Of a stretch of DNA of 64,000 nucleotides, positions 54,801 to 64,000 are shown piece after piece. Under the pieces are notes generated by a model. It searched no databases and was not told the origin of the DNA. It saw only the letters and a program-made list of their open reading frames with translations. The DNA comes from an uncultured delta proteobacterium (GTDB taxonomy: Bacteria; Desulfobacterota; Syntrophorhabdia; Syntrophorhabdales; WCHB1-27): the NCBI GenBank assembly GCA_963810935.1, contig CAWEPK010000007.1, positions 320,001 to 384,000 of the forward strand, read 5' to 3'. A program made the translations under genes and the position numbers. Positions within the stretch are counted from its first letter, which is position 1. The number at the start of each line of letters is the position of its first letter.

Positions 54801-55169
54801 AGCGCATGCCTCCTTTAGAGGGGAGGGGCGTGAGCGTACGCCTTGTCCGCGCGCAAAGGTGATGGGCGCGGCCCGGGAGGATCGTCGTTTAGCTGTATTA
54901 ACAGGACGTGTCCGTCAGTGCACGGCGGGACGGGAAAAAAGCGCGCTTTTCTCGTCCCGCCGGTGCCGGCCCCTATGTGATTCCCCTAGGGCTAAATGTG
55001 GCAACGGGGAGGCGAATTGTCAACCACGTGAGGGACGTACGTCCCCGAGAGACAGGGAAAAGGCGCGAAAAGAGCCCGGCATGTCCCGCACCCCCCGTTA
55101 AATTGATTGACAAGGTTTTTCCTATCTTGATAAAGTGATGCTATGCCAGGACGACCCAAGGAGGAGAGA

Positions 55170-55949
55170 ATGAAGGGAATTGAACGCGCCTGCGGCCGGT
55201 CCGTGAAAAAGACCGCTCACGTTGCACTTGTTCTCCTCCTGGGAGCAGCTTTCGCCGCCCTCGTATCAGCGGCTTTGCCGTGCAGTGCGGCGGAGGTGCG
55301 CAACCTCAAGCCGGGCGAGAAAAACGGCAGCGCCGTATTCACATACGACCTCGTCGGCCAGAAGGGCGAGAAAGAGGCCGAGGTCAGCGTGGTCCTCATC
55401 CTGGACGGCAAGGAGTACCCGGAAAACGAGCTTCACCTGACGGGAGACTTCGGTACGGTTAAGGTCGGCAAGCACAAACGGATCACGTGGCACGTGACAA
55501 AGGACTTCGCCGACGGCTTCGACGGCGAGATCAAATACAGGATCACGGCTTCGAGCGAGGCCGGCCCGGCCGAGTCGATAGGGCCGGAGGAGCCGCAGGC
55601 AGAACTCGACCCGCAAACAGAGCCCGAGCCGCCCGCAGAAAAGCCGAGGAAAAAGGGCCGCGTCAGCAGCATGGCCGCCTCCGGGCACTACGCCGGCGGC
55701 GGAAGGATGCTGACGGAGACGGGCACGGTAGTAGCCCTGGACGACGCGGGCGGCATAGTGATAAAGACAGGCAGGTCAAGCGGCCACATGACCGTCGGCG
55801 CAGCGATACAGTCCGATACGGTAGTAGTCGTCAAAGGCAGAAGGGTGCCTGTTTCGCGGATGGGGAATGAGATAAGCGTGGGGGATACTATTACCCTGCG
55901 ATACCTTAAGGGCGACGATCTATACGCCCGTCAAATAACGAAACAATAA
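55170..55949 (+). CDS. Exported two-domain hypothetical protein (Ig-like plus OB-like)
   Basis: AGGAGG RBS, signal peptide, YDL..GD.G..V..G..K.I.W motif and a Pro/Glu linker. Confidence 0.7.
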   Translation: MKGIERACGRSVKKTAHVALVLLLGAAFAALVSAALPCSAAEVRNLKPGEKNGSAVFTYDLVGQKGEKEAEVSVVLILDGKEYPENELHLTGDFGTVKVGKHKRITWHVTKDFADGFDGEIKYRITASSEAGPAESIGPEEPQAELDPQTEPEPPAEKPRKKGRVSSMAASGHYAGGGRMLTETGTVVALDDAGGIVIKTGRSSGHMTVGAAIQSDTVVVVKGRRVPVSRMGNEISVGDTITLRYLKGDDLYARQITKQ

Positions 55950-55955
55950 GAAGGG

Positions 55956-56124
55956 GGGCGGCCGGATCTTTTGGCGGCCTTCGCGTCGTTTTTCTCGGCG
56001 CGAGTCCTCACTTGCCACCCGCGCCTGGCAAGCCCTGAGCGCGGGTACCCGGCTACCGTTTTATACGCTCCGGCTCTCGCCTTCGAAAAACAACGCGAAT
56101 TCCATCGAAAATCTCCGGCCGCCC
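55956..56124 (+). repeat. Repeat family A copy (long form)
   Basis: Directly after the stop at 55949. Confidence 0.85.
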
Positions 56125-56172
56125 GTTCAGTAGTGGGGCTATGCTGTATGGTTCTTCACGCGTATCGAATCT

Positions 56173-57063
56173 TTATACGTCGATTTCCCATTCGATAAGC
56201 CTGTGTTGAAAATAGTCCCTAAGCAGGGCCAGCCTTAATCCCCTTTTGGTATCATTGGTGCCTTTAAATATTTCGCAAAACTTAATAACGTTATCATACG
56301 CTTGCTTGACTGTCTCTTTGTCTACTCTGTTTTGCATCACCGATCTAAACGGTTGGCCGAGATAATCAACGGTAGGCCATCCGTCATCGTCAACCATCAG
56401 AAGATCAAGACAGATTCTGGCCGTGTCCGCGCTGACCGTATCATAAACGTTCTCGGGTCTGCGATTCAAAGTTTGTTGCAGGTAATCGATACAATTACGC
56501 CCCACAATGATCCTGGGATGTTGCGCTATTTTAGATTCAAGGATATAGGCCCTAGATAGACAGGCTCCATAAATCTCACCTTTTTCGATCTCCATTCCTA
56601 TTCCAATATCGATTCCACCTCTTACGGGATGCCCAGCCATAAGTGACAGAAGCGCGATTGACGACGCTGCGGTGAAGAGCCCGTAAACACCGCGCATTGG
56701 TGCCTTGTTACGATCAGTGGCCAAGGATGTGGATGCCACGACGCAGTCTGAAAATGATGCTATATGTATTGGATTATTAGTCATCAGGCTATACTGCTCA
56801 CGTTGTTCAGGGGAAAGCGCGCTCAAGTCGGTCTGTCGCAGAGTAGAAAAGGAATCAAAATAATGCCTAAACAGCTTTCTCGTGCCAGAAACAACGCCGT
56901 ACGTTTCTTTTAGGGCATGCACAAATGTCTCCATTTGTGCATTATCTTCTTTGTCGGGAAGGTCGTCCAAAGCCCTCAGATTCTCTTGTTGTCCGAGCAC
57001 GTCAATAAAACATACTGCATAGTAACCAACATTCATTTTGCTTTCCGCGTTAGTTTCTTTCAC
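56173..57063 (-). CDS. AT-rich class III nucleotide-cyclase-like hypothetical protein
   Basis: VCFIDVLG, FSDCVV, RGGIDIG and G..L.RAY.LES..A..PRI motifs. GTG 57063 with GGGGAGG RBS. Confidence 0.65.
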   Translation of the reverse strand: MKETNAESKMNVGYYAVCFIDVLGQQENLRALDDLPDKEDNAQMETFVHALKETYGVVSGTRKLFRHYFDSFSTLRQTDLSALSPEQREQYSLMTNNPIHIASFSDCVVASTSLATDRNKAPMRGVYGLFTAASSIALLSLMAGHPVRGGIDIGIGMEIEKGEIYGACLSRAYILESKIAQHPRIIVGRNCIDYLQQTLNRRPENVYDTVSADTARICLDLLMVDDDGWPTVDYLGQPFRSVMQNRVDKETVKQAYDNVIKFCEIFKGTNDTKRGLRLALLRDYFQHRLIEWEIDV

Positions 57064-57190
57064 AATTACCCCTCCCCCACATACGTGTAGTAATGCTATT
57101 GTTTTACATAGCCCATTATGCCTGTCTGGAGACACAACGTGCAACAATAAAAATAGAATTATTGCCGTTTACTAGCACAGTGGTGGGGAG

Positions 57191-57315
57191 GGGCCGGGAG
57201 ATTTTCGATGATAGGCGCCGTGATCGAGGGGCCGCCGCCCGGAGCGTACGCAGTTGGTACGTGAGGACGCGCGAATCCGAGAGACAGGCGCATAGCGCGA
57301 AAAGATCCCGGCCCC
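57191..57315 (-). repeat. Repeat family A copy (short form, variant arms as at 27002)
   Basis: Reverse copy abutting the stop at 57315. Confidence 0.85.
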
Positions 57316-59289
57316 TATGTCGGTCCGCCGAAGAGTTTTATTGTTTGACGGACCAGCCTAGGTAAGGACGGATCGCGCGCACCCATTATTATTATGGCAT
57401 CGCCGGGGCGCGCGTCGGCTTTCAGTATAGTCAGCAGATCATCCCTGTCTTTGATCGCTTTCGCCACAAACTCCGTCTCGCCCAGGGCCTCGACGATTTC
57501 TTCCGACGATATGTTTTTCTGCGCTGTCCCGCCCGCGTAATAAATGGGCAGCAAATACAGGGAATCGCCCGGCTGCATGGCGGCCCTGAACGCGGCTATG
57601 TATTCGTCCTTTAAAAAGCGCGTAGGGCCGAAGCCGTGGGGTTGGTAGACGGCGATGATGCGGGCGGACAACCCCTTTGCTGCGGTCAGCGCGGCCGTTA
57701 TTTTTGCCGGGTTGTGCGCGAAATCGTCGATCACACTTACGCGCCCTTTCGTCTGCGTAATGTCGAAGCGCCGCGCCGTCCCCGCAAAGCCCTTCACTGC
57801 CGCTGCCAGCCCTGCGCCGATGCAGCCGAGATATTCGCAGACGCAGAGCGCGGCTGCCAGGTTTTCGAGGTTGTGCCTGCCGGGTAAGGGCAGGTCGTAT
57901 CGGACGCCGCCTTTGACGAGGCGCACTGACGCGGGAAGCAGCTCGGTTGCGTCCGGCCGCCACCCGGCCGTAGCCGACGCCAGGCCGAAGCGCACCGTCG
58001 CAGGCAATGACGCGAGCACGGGGTCGTCCGCGTTCGTCGCGCTCCAGCGGGTGCGTGAAATGAGCGTCGCGAAAAGACCTTTCAGCTCATCGACGCCCTT
58101 GTGGTCTTTCGATACGTTGAGCACAACGGCCGCCTCCGGCGCATACTTGACGATGGTCCCGTCGCTCTCGTCCGCCTCGACGATCAAAAGGTCCGACGCG
58201 CCGCTCCACGCATTGCCGATAAGACCCTGCCTCTCGAGCCTTCTCAGGGGCGCGCCGCTTATAAGGGATGGCGATTTGCCGCACGCAGTCAGCAGGCTCG
58301 AAGACGATTGCCGTTACTGTCGATTTGCCGCTGGTGCCCGCCACGGCGACCGTCCGGCTCATGCCGATGATCGCTGCGAGCAGGTCCGAGCGGTGCACGA
58401 CGGGAGCGCCGCAGCGGGCCGCTGCCGCGATGTCGGGGTTCGTCTCTTCTATCGCGGTCGAGACGCAGACGATGTCCGTATCAAGCCCGACGCCGGAGCC
58501 GTCCTGGCCTGCGATGCGCACGCCGAGCGCTTCTAAGCTTGTGCGCATGGCTGCCGTGTCGTCGCTTGCCAGGAGGCGGTCTGAGCCGGACACAATGATG
58601 CCGAGGAACCGCAGGTATTGCGCCAGGGCGCTCATGCCTGTGCCGAAGATGCCCGTGAAATGGACGCTCCTTGCCTGCCGCCCGCCGATGCTCAATGCCG
58701 GGGGGTCGATGTAGACGAGCATGCCCTCTCGGGCGATATCGAAGAGGCGGACGACGTCGCTGTTGCGCAGCGCGATGCAGCCGTGGGTGAGCGGCGTCCC
58801 TATGAGGTCTTCCCGGTTCGTGCCGTGGATGTAAATATAACGATCGAAGGAATCGACACCGGGGCCTTTGTTGATCCCGACTTCTGCGCCTTCGAGCCGC
58901 ATGATGCGGCTGAGTATCAGGTTCTCTTCTGTCGATGCGCCGTCCCAGTCCGCGCCCGTATCCGCGCGGTCCCTGAAGACGCGGCCCAAAGGCGCGCCTG
59001 CGCCAATCTTCTCTTTGATGCGGTGGACGCCGGGCGGGGTCTTGAACGAATTCTCGCGGATGCCTGTGCCGAAGCGCGACGTCGACGCCGCATACCTCTC
59101 GATTATGCTGTCGCCGCGACAGACGAAAAGGGCCTGTGCCTCGACGGACTGGACGAGGTAGGTCTCGTCAGGGCGGGCCAAAAACGGCAGCAACCGGCCA
59201 TATATGCGTCTAAGCGCTGCAACTTGCGTGCGATCTGTTCCTTCCATTGACACGCCGTCAATATAGCGCAATTGGTCATCGGACCACAA
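57315..59289 (-). CDS. L,D-transpeptidase (YkuD) fused to a MurC/Mpl-like ligase (frameshift ~58295)
   Basis: TPPG and YIYIHGT..HGCI, then GI.GTGMSALA, AGTSGKST, EADESDG, DH, RRF, DDFAHNP and QPH. Confidence 0.8.
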
Positions 59290-59398
59290 GCAATCTTACG
59301 CCCATCGCCCCACTTGTTGTTGCTCTTGCGCAACTTGGGAATTAAGCTACGGGAATGCGGGCCTTCCTTAAGGGACAGGCCCAGTCCGCCTTGCGAGG

Positions 59399-59803
59399 AT
59401 GCAGATGACAACGAACAAATTGGTGAAGGCGATCGACGCGGCGGTCGATCTGGTCAACCATGGGCGTTACGGCGAGGCGGAGGCGCTTACGAAAAAGGTG
59501 ACGGCGCGCGTTCCCGGCAGCGGGATGGCCTGGAAGCTCCTCGGCGCGGTGCTCGCGATGCAGGGGAAGAACGAAGAAGCAGTCGATCCTCTGCGCAAAG
59601 CTGCCGCGTTCCTGCCGAACGACGTGGAGGCGCAGGCGAACCTGGGTGTAATCCTCCACGACCGGGGCCGGCCCGCCGAGGCAGAGGCGGCATACCGAAA
59701 GGCCCTCGCAATCAAGCCCGATTACGCAGAGGCCCGGAAAAACCTGACCGAAATTCTGGAGACACAGCACGAGCCGGCAGAGGAAGGCAAGTCAGGGGGA
59801 TAA
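59399..59803 (+). CDS. TPR-repeat protein
   Basis: AWKLLG, AQANLG and ALAIKPDYAEA motifs. Confidence 0.85.
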   Translation: MQMTTNKLVKAIDAAVDLVNHGRYGEAEALTKKVTARVPGSGMAWKLLGAVLAMQGKNEEAVDPLRKAAAFLPNDVEAQANLGVILHDRGRPAEAEAAYRKALAIKPDYAEARKNLTEILETQHEPAEEGKSGG

Positions 59804-59827
59804 AGTTAATACCCCCGGCATCCCGCA

Positions 59828-62698
59828 TTACGTCGGAGTGCCGCCCGCGCTGTCCAACACCCGCCGTATCGCCCCTGCCATGACCTCTTTCGACACCGGC
59901 TTAATCAGAAACTCCCTCACGCCTGCTGCCAGCGCCTTCTCTTTCGACACCGACTCGCTGAACCCCGTGACGAGGATCACGGGTAAATCCTTGCGTATCT
60001 TCAGCACCTTCTTCGCAAGCTCGAAGCCGACCAGATCGGGCATCGTCTGGTCTGTTATCAAAAGATCGTACTGGTTCGGCGTCTGGAGGAAGATCTCGAA
60101 TGCGTCCAGGCCCTTCCTGGCCGTAGTGACGTCATAGCCCAGGCGCCGCAGCAGCAGGGCCCCCATCTCGACGACCGCGGGCTCGTCGTCAACGAAGAGT
60201 ATCCTTTCCGTTCCGCCCGGTATGTCGATCTTCTGCTCGGTTTCTTCCATCGGCGGCTCGGTGGATGGCAGAAAGACGGTGAACGTGGAGCCCTCGCCGA
60301 TTTTGCTGTCCACGGAGATCGCGCCCTGGTGGCTCTTGACGATGCCGTAGGCGACGGCCAGCCCCATGCCCGTCCCGTGCCCGGCGTCTTTCGTAGTGAA
60401 GAACGGCTCGAACATGCGTTTTTGCACGTCCTCGGGTATCCCGGCCCCCGTGTCCTTGACGCGCAGCTTTACGTACCCGCCGGGCTTCATGTCAACGTCC
60501 GGCAGCTTGTCGCGGCGCGTAAAGACCGCATCGGAGACGGCGATCAAAAGGCTCCCCCCGCCGGGCTGCATCGCGTGGGCTGCGTTGCCGGCGAGGTTCA
60601 TCAACACCTGTTGTACCTGGGAAGGGTCGCCGGCAATGTAGTCGTTCGCAGCGCGTATGTCGAGCTTCATCCGGATGGTGCTCGGCAGGGAGTTGCGGAG
60701 GAGCTTGAACGTCTCTTTGACGAGGGGGGTGAGCTGGAAGACGTTTTTGCCGCGCTCGCTCTTTCTGCTGAAGGTGAGGATCTGCTTGATCAGGTCGCGA
60801 GCCCGCTTGGACGCCTTTATCACCTGCTCTATGTTGCGTTTTGCATCGGTGCCGTCGAGGTCGTCGAGTGCCAGCTCCGAATTTCCCAGGATGACTGCGA
60901 GCATGTTGTTGAAGTCGTGGGCGATGCCGCCCGCGAGGGTGCCTATGGCCTCCATCTTCTGCTTCTGGCGAAGCTGCTGCTCGATCTCCAGTTGTCTCGT
61001 GATGTCCCTGTCTACCCCGACATACTGGATGGTCGTCCCGTACTTGTCGCGAATAGGCACTAGGGTCGTCTCGATCTCTACGAGGGTGCCGTCTTGCTTC
61101 TTTCGGGTCTGGCGCCCGGTCCATGTATTCCCTGCAAGCAGCTCGGAATATATGGCCTCGTGAAACGAGTCGGGGTGGGCGTCGCTGCGGGTCATGACAG
61201 GGCTGTTCCCCACCATCTCGTCAGCCGTATAGCCGTACATCCTGGCGAATGCTGAATTGACGTAGGTGTACCGCCTGTCGGGGGAGAGCATGAAAATGCC
61301 GTCGCCCGCGTGCTCCACGGCGGAAAGGAGCTTCGCCATCTCTTCCTGCATTTTTTTACGCTGTGTGACGTCCCTGGCTATGCCGTGTATGCCGGTGACG
61401 ACGCCGTCCTCGCGCATAAAGCGCGCCGTGACCTCGAGGCTGACGAGGTTGCCGTCCTTCGTCCACGCCTCGAAATCCCACGGCTGTTCGTCGGGCAGGT
61501 CTGAGTTGGCGGCGACTGCGCGCCGCAAAACGTCGGCCGCCCGCCCGGCGCTCTCGGGCGTAAGGAGGTCCCCGATGGACAGGTGTTGAACGGGCTTACC
61601 AGGAAGGAAAACCTCGGCCGCTTTCCGGTTGGCCGAAGTAATCCTGCCTTCGAGATCGGTCGTGAATATCACGTCGTTTGCCTGGTTGAAGAGGTCCTTA
61701 TACCTTGCCTCGGACCTTTGAAGCGACGTGTAAACCGTCTCCAGCTCCTGCGTCCTGTCGCGGACCCTCTCCTCCAGCCCGTCTCTCGCTTTGCGAACCT
61801 CCTCCTCCGCACGCTTGCGGTCGGTTATATCCATGTTGATGCCGATCAGTTTTTCGGGCCTTCCCTTCTCATCCATGATGGCGCGGGCGCGGGCGTGGAG
61901 CCACCGCATTTCGCCGGTATCCAGGCGGCGGACCCTGAAATCGACCTTAAACTCATCCCCTTTCAATGCCTGGTCCACGGCGGCACGGCACAGTGCGCGG
62001 TCTTCCGGCGCCAGGCGGTCGAACCAGTCCTGCCGGCGGCCGTTATGCTCCGCCCTTGTCATGCCGTAAAGGGCCAGCATCTCGTCGGACCAATAGCTTT
62101 CATCGGTCTTTGCGTCCCAGACGAAGGCCCCCGAGCTGCTTGCCTGGAGGGCGATGTTCAGCCATTGCTCGCTCTCCGTCACCGCAGCCTCGGCCCCCCT
62201 CTGTCCCGTTATTTCCTTGAAGACGACAGTCAGGGATTTTGAGCCGGCCGTGACATAGCTTGACGAGACGAGGGCGATGACTGGGGAGCCGTCGTCCAGG
62301 AGAATGCGCATTTCTTCATTGCGGACCGTTTCGCCTCTCAAGAGGGTGCGCATGAAGGGCCACTCCTGTGGCGTATACTCGCTCCCATCGGACCGGAAGG
62401 CCCGGAAGCGGGTAAGCTGCCCGAGGCCGCCGAAGGAAGAGATCTTTACCCGGAACGTCTCTTCGACCTCTTTGCTCACGGCCATGAACTCCGGCGTGTT
62501 CGTGTAGACGAGGGTCCCAATACGCAAGGGGATAAAACGACTGGAACTATTGTCCGGGCTTGCAGCCCGGCTCGCGCCGGGCATCCATGGCGCTCTTATG
62601 CCTGCCGTCCCTGATTCCGGGGCCGTGCCCTTCTTGGCAGGCGTTTCCCCTGCCGTCTTGCGGCGTCCGGGGTTGGGGCCGGTGCTTCTCTTCCCCAT
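59828..62698 (-). CDS. Cytoplasmic multi-PAS hybrid histidine kinase
   Basis: Four PAS domains, GIAHDFNN, HATPase and REC. ATG 62698 with GGAGG RBS. Confidence 0.92.
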   Translation of the reverse strand: MGKRSTGPNPGRRKTAGETPAKKGTAPESGTAGIRAPWMPGASRAASPDNSSSRFIPLRIGTLVYTNTPEFMAVSKEVEETFRVKISSFGGLGQLTRFRAFRSDGSEYTPQEWPFMRTLLRGETVRNEEMRILLDDGSPVIALVSSSYVTAGSKSLTVVFKEITGQRGAEAAVTESEQWLNIALQASSSGAFVWDAKTDESYWSDEMLALYGMTRAEHNGRRQDWFDRLAPEDRALCRAAVDQALKGDEFKVDFRVRRLDTGEMRWLHARARAIMDEKGRPEKLIGINMDITDRKRAEEEVRKARDGLEERVRDRTQELETVYTSLQRSEARYKDLFNQANDVIFTTDLEGRITSANRKAAEVFLPGKPVQHLSIGDLLTPESAGRAADVLRRAVAANSDLPDEQPWDFEAWTKDGNLVSLEVTARFMREDGVVTGIHGIARDVTQRKKMQEEMAKLLSAVEHAGDGIFMLSPDRRYTYVNSAFARMYGYTADEMVGNSPVMTRSDAHPDSFHEAIYSELLAGNTWTGRQTRKKQDGTLVEIETTLVPIRDKYGTTIQYVGVDRDITRQLEIEQQLRQKQKMEAIGTLAGGIAHDFNNMLAVILGNSELALDDLDGTDAKRNIEQVIKASKRARDLIKQILTFSRKSERGKNVFQLTPLVKETFKLLRNSLPSTIRMKLDIRAANDYIAGDPSQVQQVLMNLAGNAAHAMQPGGGSLLIAVSDAVFTRRDKLPDVDMKPGGYVKLRVKDTGAGIPEDVQKRMFEPFFTTKDAGHGTGMGLAVAYGIVKSHQGAISVDSKIGEGSTFTVFLPSTEPPMEETEQKIDIPGGTERILFVDDEPAVVEMGALLLRRLGYDVTTARKGLDAFEIFLQTPNQYDLLITDQTMPDLVGFELAKKVLKIRKDLPVILVTGFSESVSKEKALAAGVREFLIKPVSKEVMAGAIRRVLDSAGGTPT

Positions 62699-62907
62699 GC
62701 TTTTTCCTCCGATAGTCTTCTCTTCGTGGCGTGGCGAAAAGGCGACAGGCAAGCGGATGTTCGAAGGAGTAATGCGTCTATCCGCAGAACCGGCCGCTGT
62801 CGTCTATGTACCGAGATTATACATAAAGCGGTATAGCGTATCAAGCCCGGCGGGACGGGCGGCATGGACGGCACCGTTATTGTTCCCGGCATCCGAAGCA
62901 GTGAAAT

Positions 62908-62952
62908 AAAACAAAACGGCAGGACCGATGAACGGTCCCGCCGTTTTGTTTT
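62908..62952. terminator. Bidirectional Rho-independent terminator
   Basis: AAAACAAAACGGCAGGACCG..CGGTCCCGCCGTTTTGTTTT. Confidence 0.8.
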
Positions 62953-62966
62953 GTAGGGCCGTGATA

Positions 62967-63320
62967 TTACTGGCCGTGTTTCTCGTCGTAGATCTGGCGG
63001 CTGACCTGGTTCTCCTGCTGGTTGAGGGTGCGCTGCTCCTGCTTGGTGACGTGGCCGCCGTTCTGCGACGCCATGTCGCGCTCTTCCTGCCGTACCTGCC
63101 GGTCCTCTTTATGAAGCTGGGCCGCCTGCGATTTGCTCAGCGTGCCGTTCTTCACTCCCTGGTTGATGCGGCTGTTCTGGTTTGCGAGCCGTTTATTGAC
63201 CTCCGCCCTGCGGGGGTGGTTCTTCTGCCATTCGGTCTGGGCATAAACAGGAGAGAGCGCCGCGCCCACAATAAACCCGGCCGCTACCAAGAGTGCTGCT
63301 GTTCTCATTTGACGTTTCAC
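62967..63320 (-). CDS. Secreted helical hypothetical protein (HPRRAEVN.RL.NQ motif)
   Basis: AGGAGG RBS and signal peptide. Confidence 0.8.
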   Translation of the reverse strand: MKRQMRTAALLVAAGFIVGAALSPVYAQTEWQKNHPRRAEVNKRLANQNSRINQGVKNGTLSKSQAAQLHKEDRQVRQEERDMASQNGGHVTKQEQRTLNQQENQVSRQIYDEKHGQ

Positions 63321-63639
63321 TGATGTATCCTCCTTTCTTGCTCTTCATTCGGCGGATGCGCCCGGGCTTTTGCCCCATCTGTCGCAGCCTGTCCCTGATC
63401 CCCAGGAATAGCAAGAGGCGTGCCGTCGGCGGCTGCGGGCGCGAAACCGCGGCAGCGCGGTGTACAAGGCGGGCACGACATTCCGGGGCAGACAATAATG
63501 TCGAGCCGCTCCCGCCTCATCGACAATTGCGTAGGCGCGGTGCGGCTGTCTTGCCGCTCCGACAGGCCCGCATTACACTATCGTTAATTCAACGGCGGCC
63601 GTGTTCGAAGACAGCCAAATCCATGAAGGGAGGAATGTG

Positions 63640-64000
63640 ATGAGACGATTATTGACGGTGGTGGCGGTGCTTGTGGCAGTGGCGATGGCGGCAGGGGCGG
63701 TGTACGCCCTGGATGGGGCCGTCAAGGTCGCGGTTAAGGAAGGCGTGGGCGCATACCTTACGGACGGAAAGGACATGACCCTCTACTGGTTCAAGAAAGA
63801 CGCGCCGGGCAAGAGCGCATGCGCGGGCGTCTGCGCGGAAAAATGGCCCGTCTACTATACGGCGACGGTCAAAGCGCCGGACGGTATCGGCGTGCAGGAC
63901 TTCGGCGCCATCGACAGGGCGGACGGCAGGAAGCAGACGACGTTCCGGGGTTACCCCCTCTACTACTGGTCGGGCGACGCAAAAGTCGGGGAGACGAAAG
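63640..64000 (+). CDS. Secreted protein with Y-x4-D repeats (COG4315-like), runs off the window
   Basis: MTLYWFKKD..GKSAC...C...WP and G..Q.T..GYPLYYW.GD motifs; GGAGG RBS. Confidence 0.85.
   Translation, partial: MRRLLTVVAVLVAVAMAAGAVYALDGAVKVAVKEGVGAYLTDGKDMTLYWFKKDAPGKSACAGVCAEKWPVYYTATVKAPDGIGVQDFGAIDRADGRKQTTFRGYPLYYWSGDAKVGETK

Noticed and set aside
34680..60960. Near-identical H-box DNA in three hybrid kinases
   Set aside because: Ordinary paralogue conservation.

Overview
A 64-kb, GC-rich chromosomal window from an anaerobe; the gene content suggests a Desulfobacterota-like organism (inference only). Many ordinary genes carry single-base frameshifts, probably long-read assembly errors. 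Main content in order: queD/queE, 2-oxoacid:ferredoxin oxidoreductase alpha/beta, an orphan BrnA-type antitoxin and class II FBP aldolase. Next is an AT-richer integron-cassette array with attC sites but no integrase, carrying HEPN-like and deaminase genes. It is followed by a divergent arsR / hgcA-hgcB-arsC mercury-methylation and arsenic locus. Then come Fic, MORN and TPR-PDZ proteins, acyl-CoA dehydrogenase, DUF362, an M29 aminopeptidase, an MFS transporter, DUF3326, several PAS hybrid kinases and two HD-GYP regulators. The end holds a kaiC-kaiB-kaiB-kinase operon, a cyclase-like orphan and an L,D-transpeptidase/MurC-like fusion. The strongest signal is hidden from the ORF track: two probable selenoproteins in the hgc/ars locus. 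HgcA has an in-frame N-terminal Cys-TGA (CU) extension with a SECIS-like hairpin. The small gene right after arsR starts at an RBS-led ATG (13134) and has two in-frame TGA codons forming a G-U-M-T-U-G (UxxU) motif, followed by a SECIS-like hairpin. A ~120-200 bp palindromic repeat family sits in sense orientation just after stop codons throughout the window.
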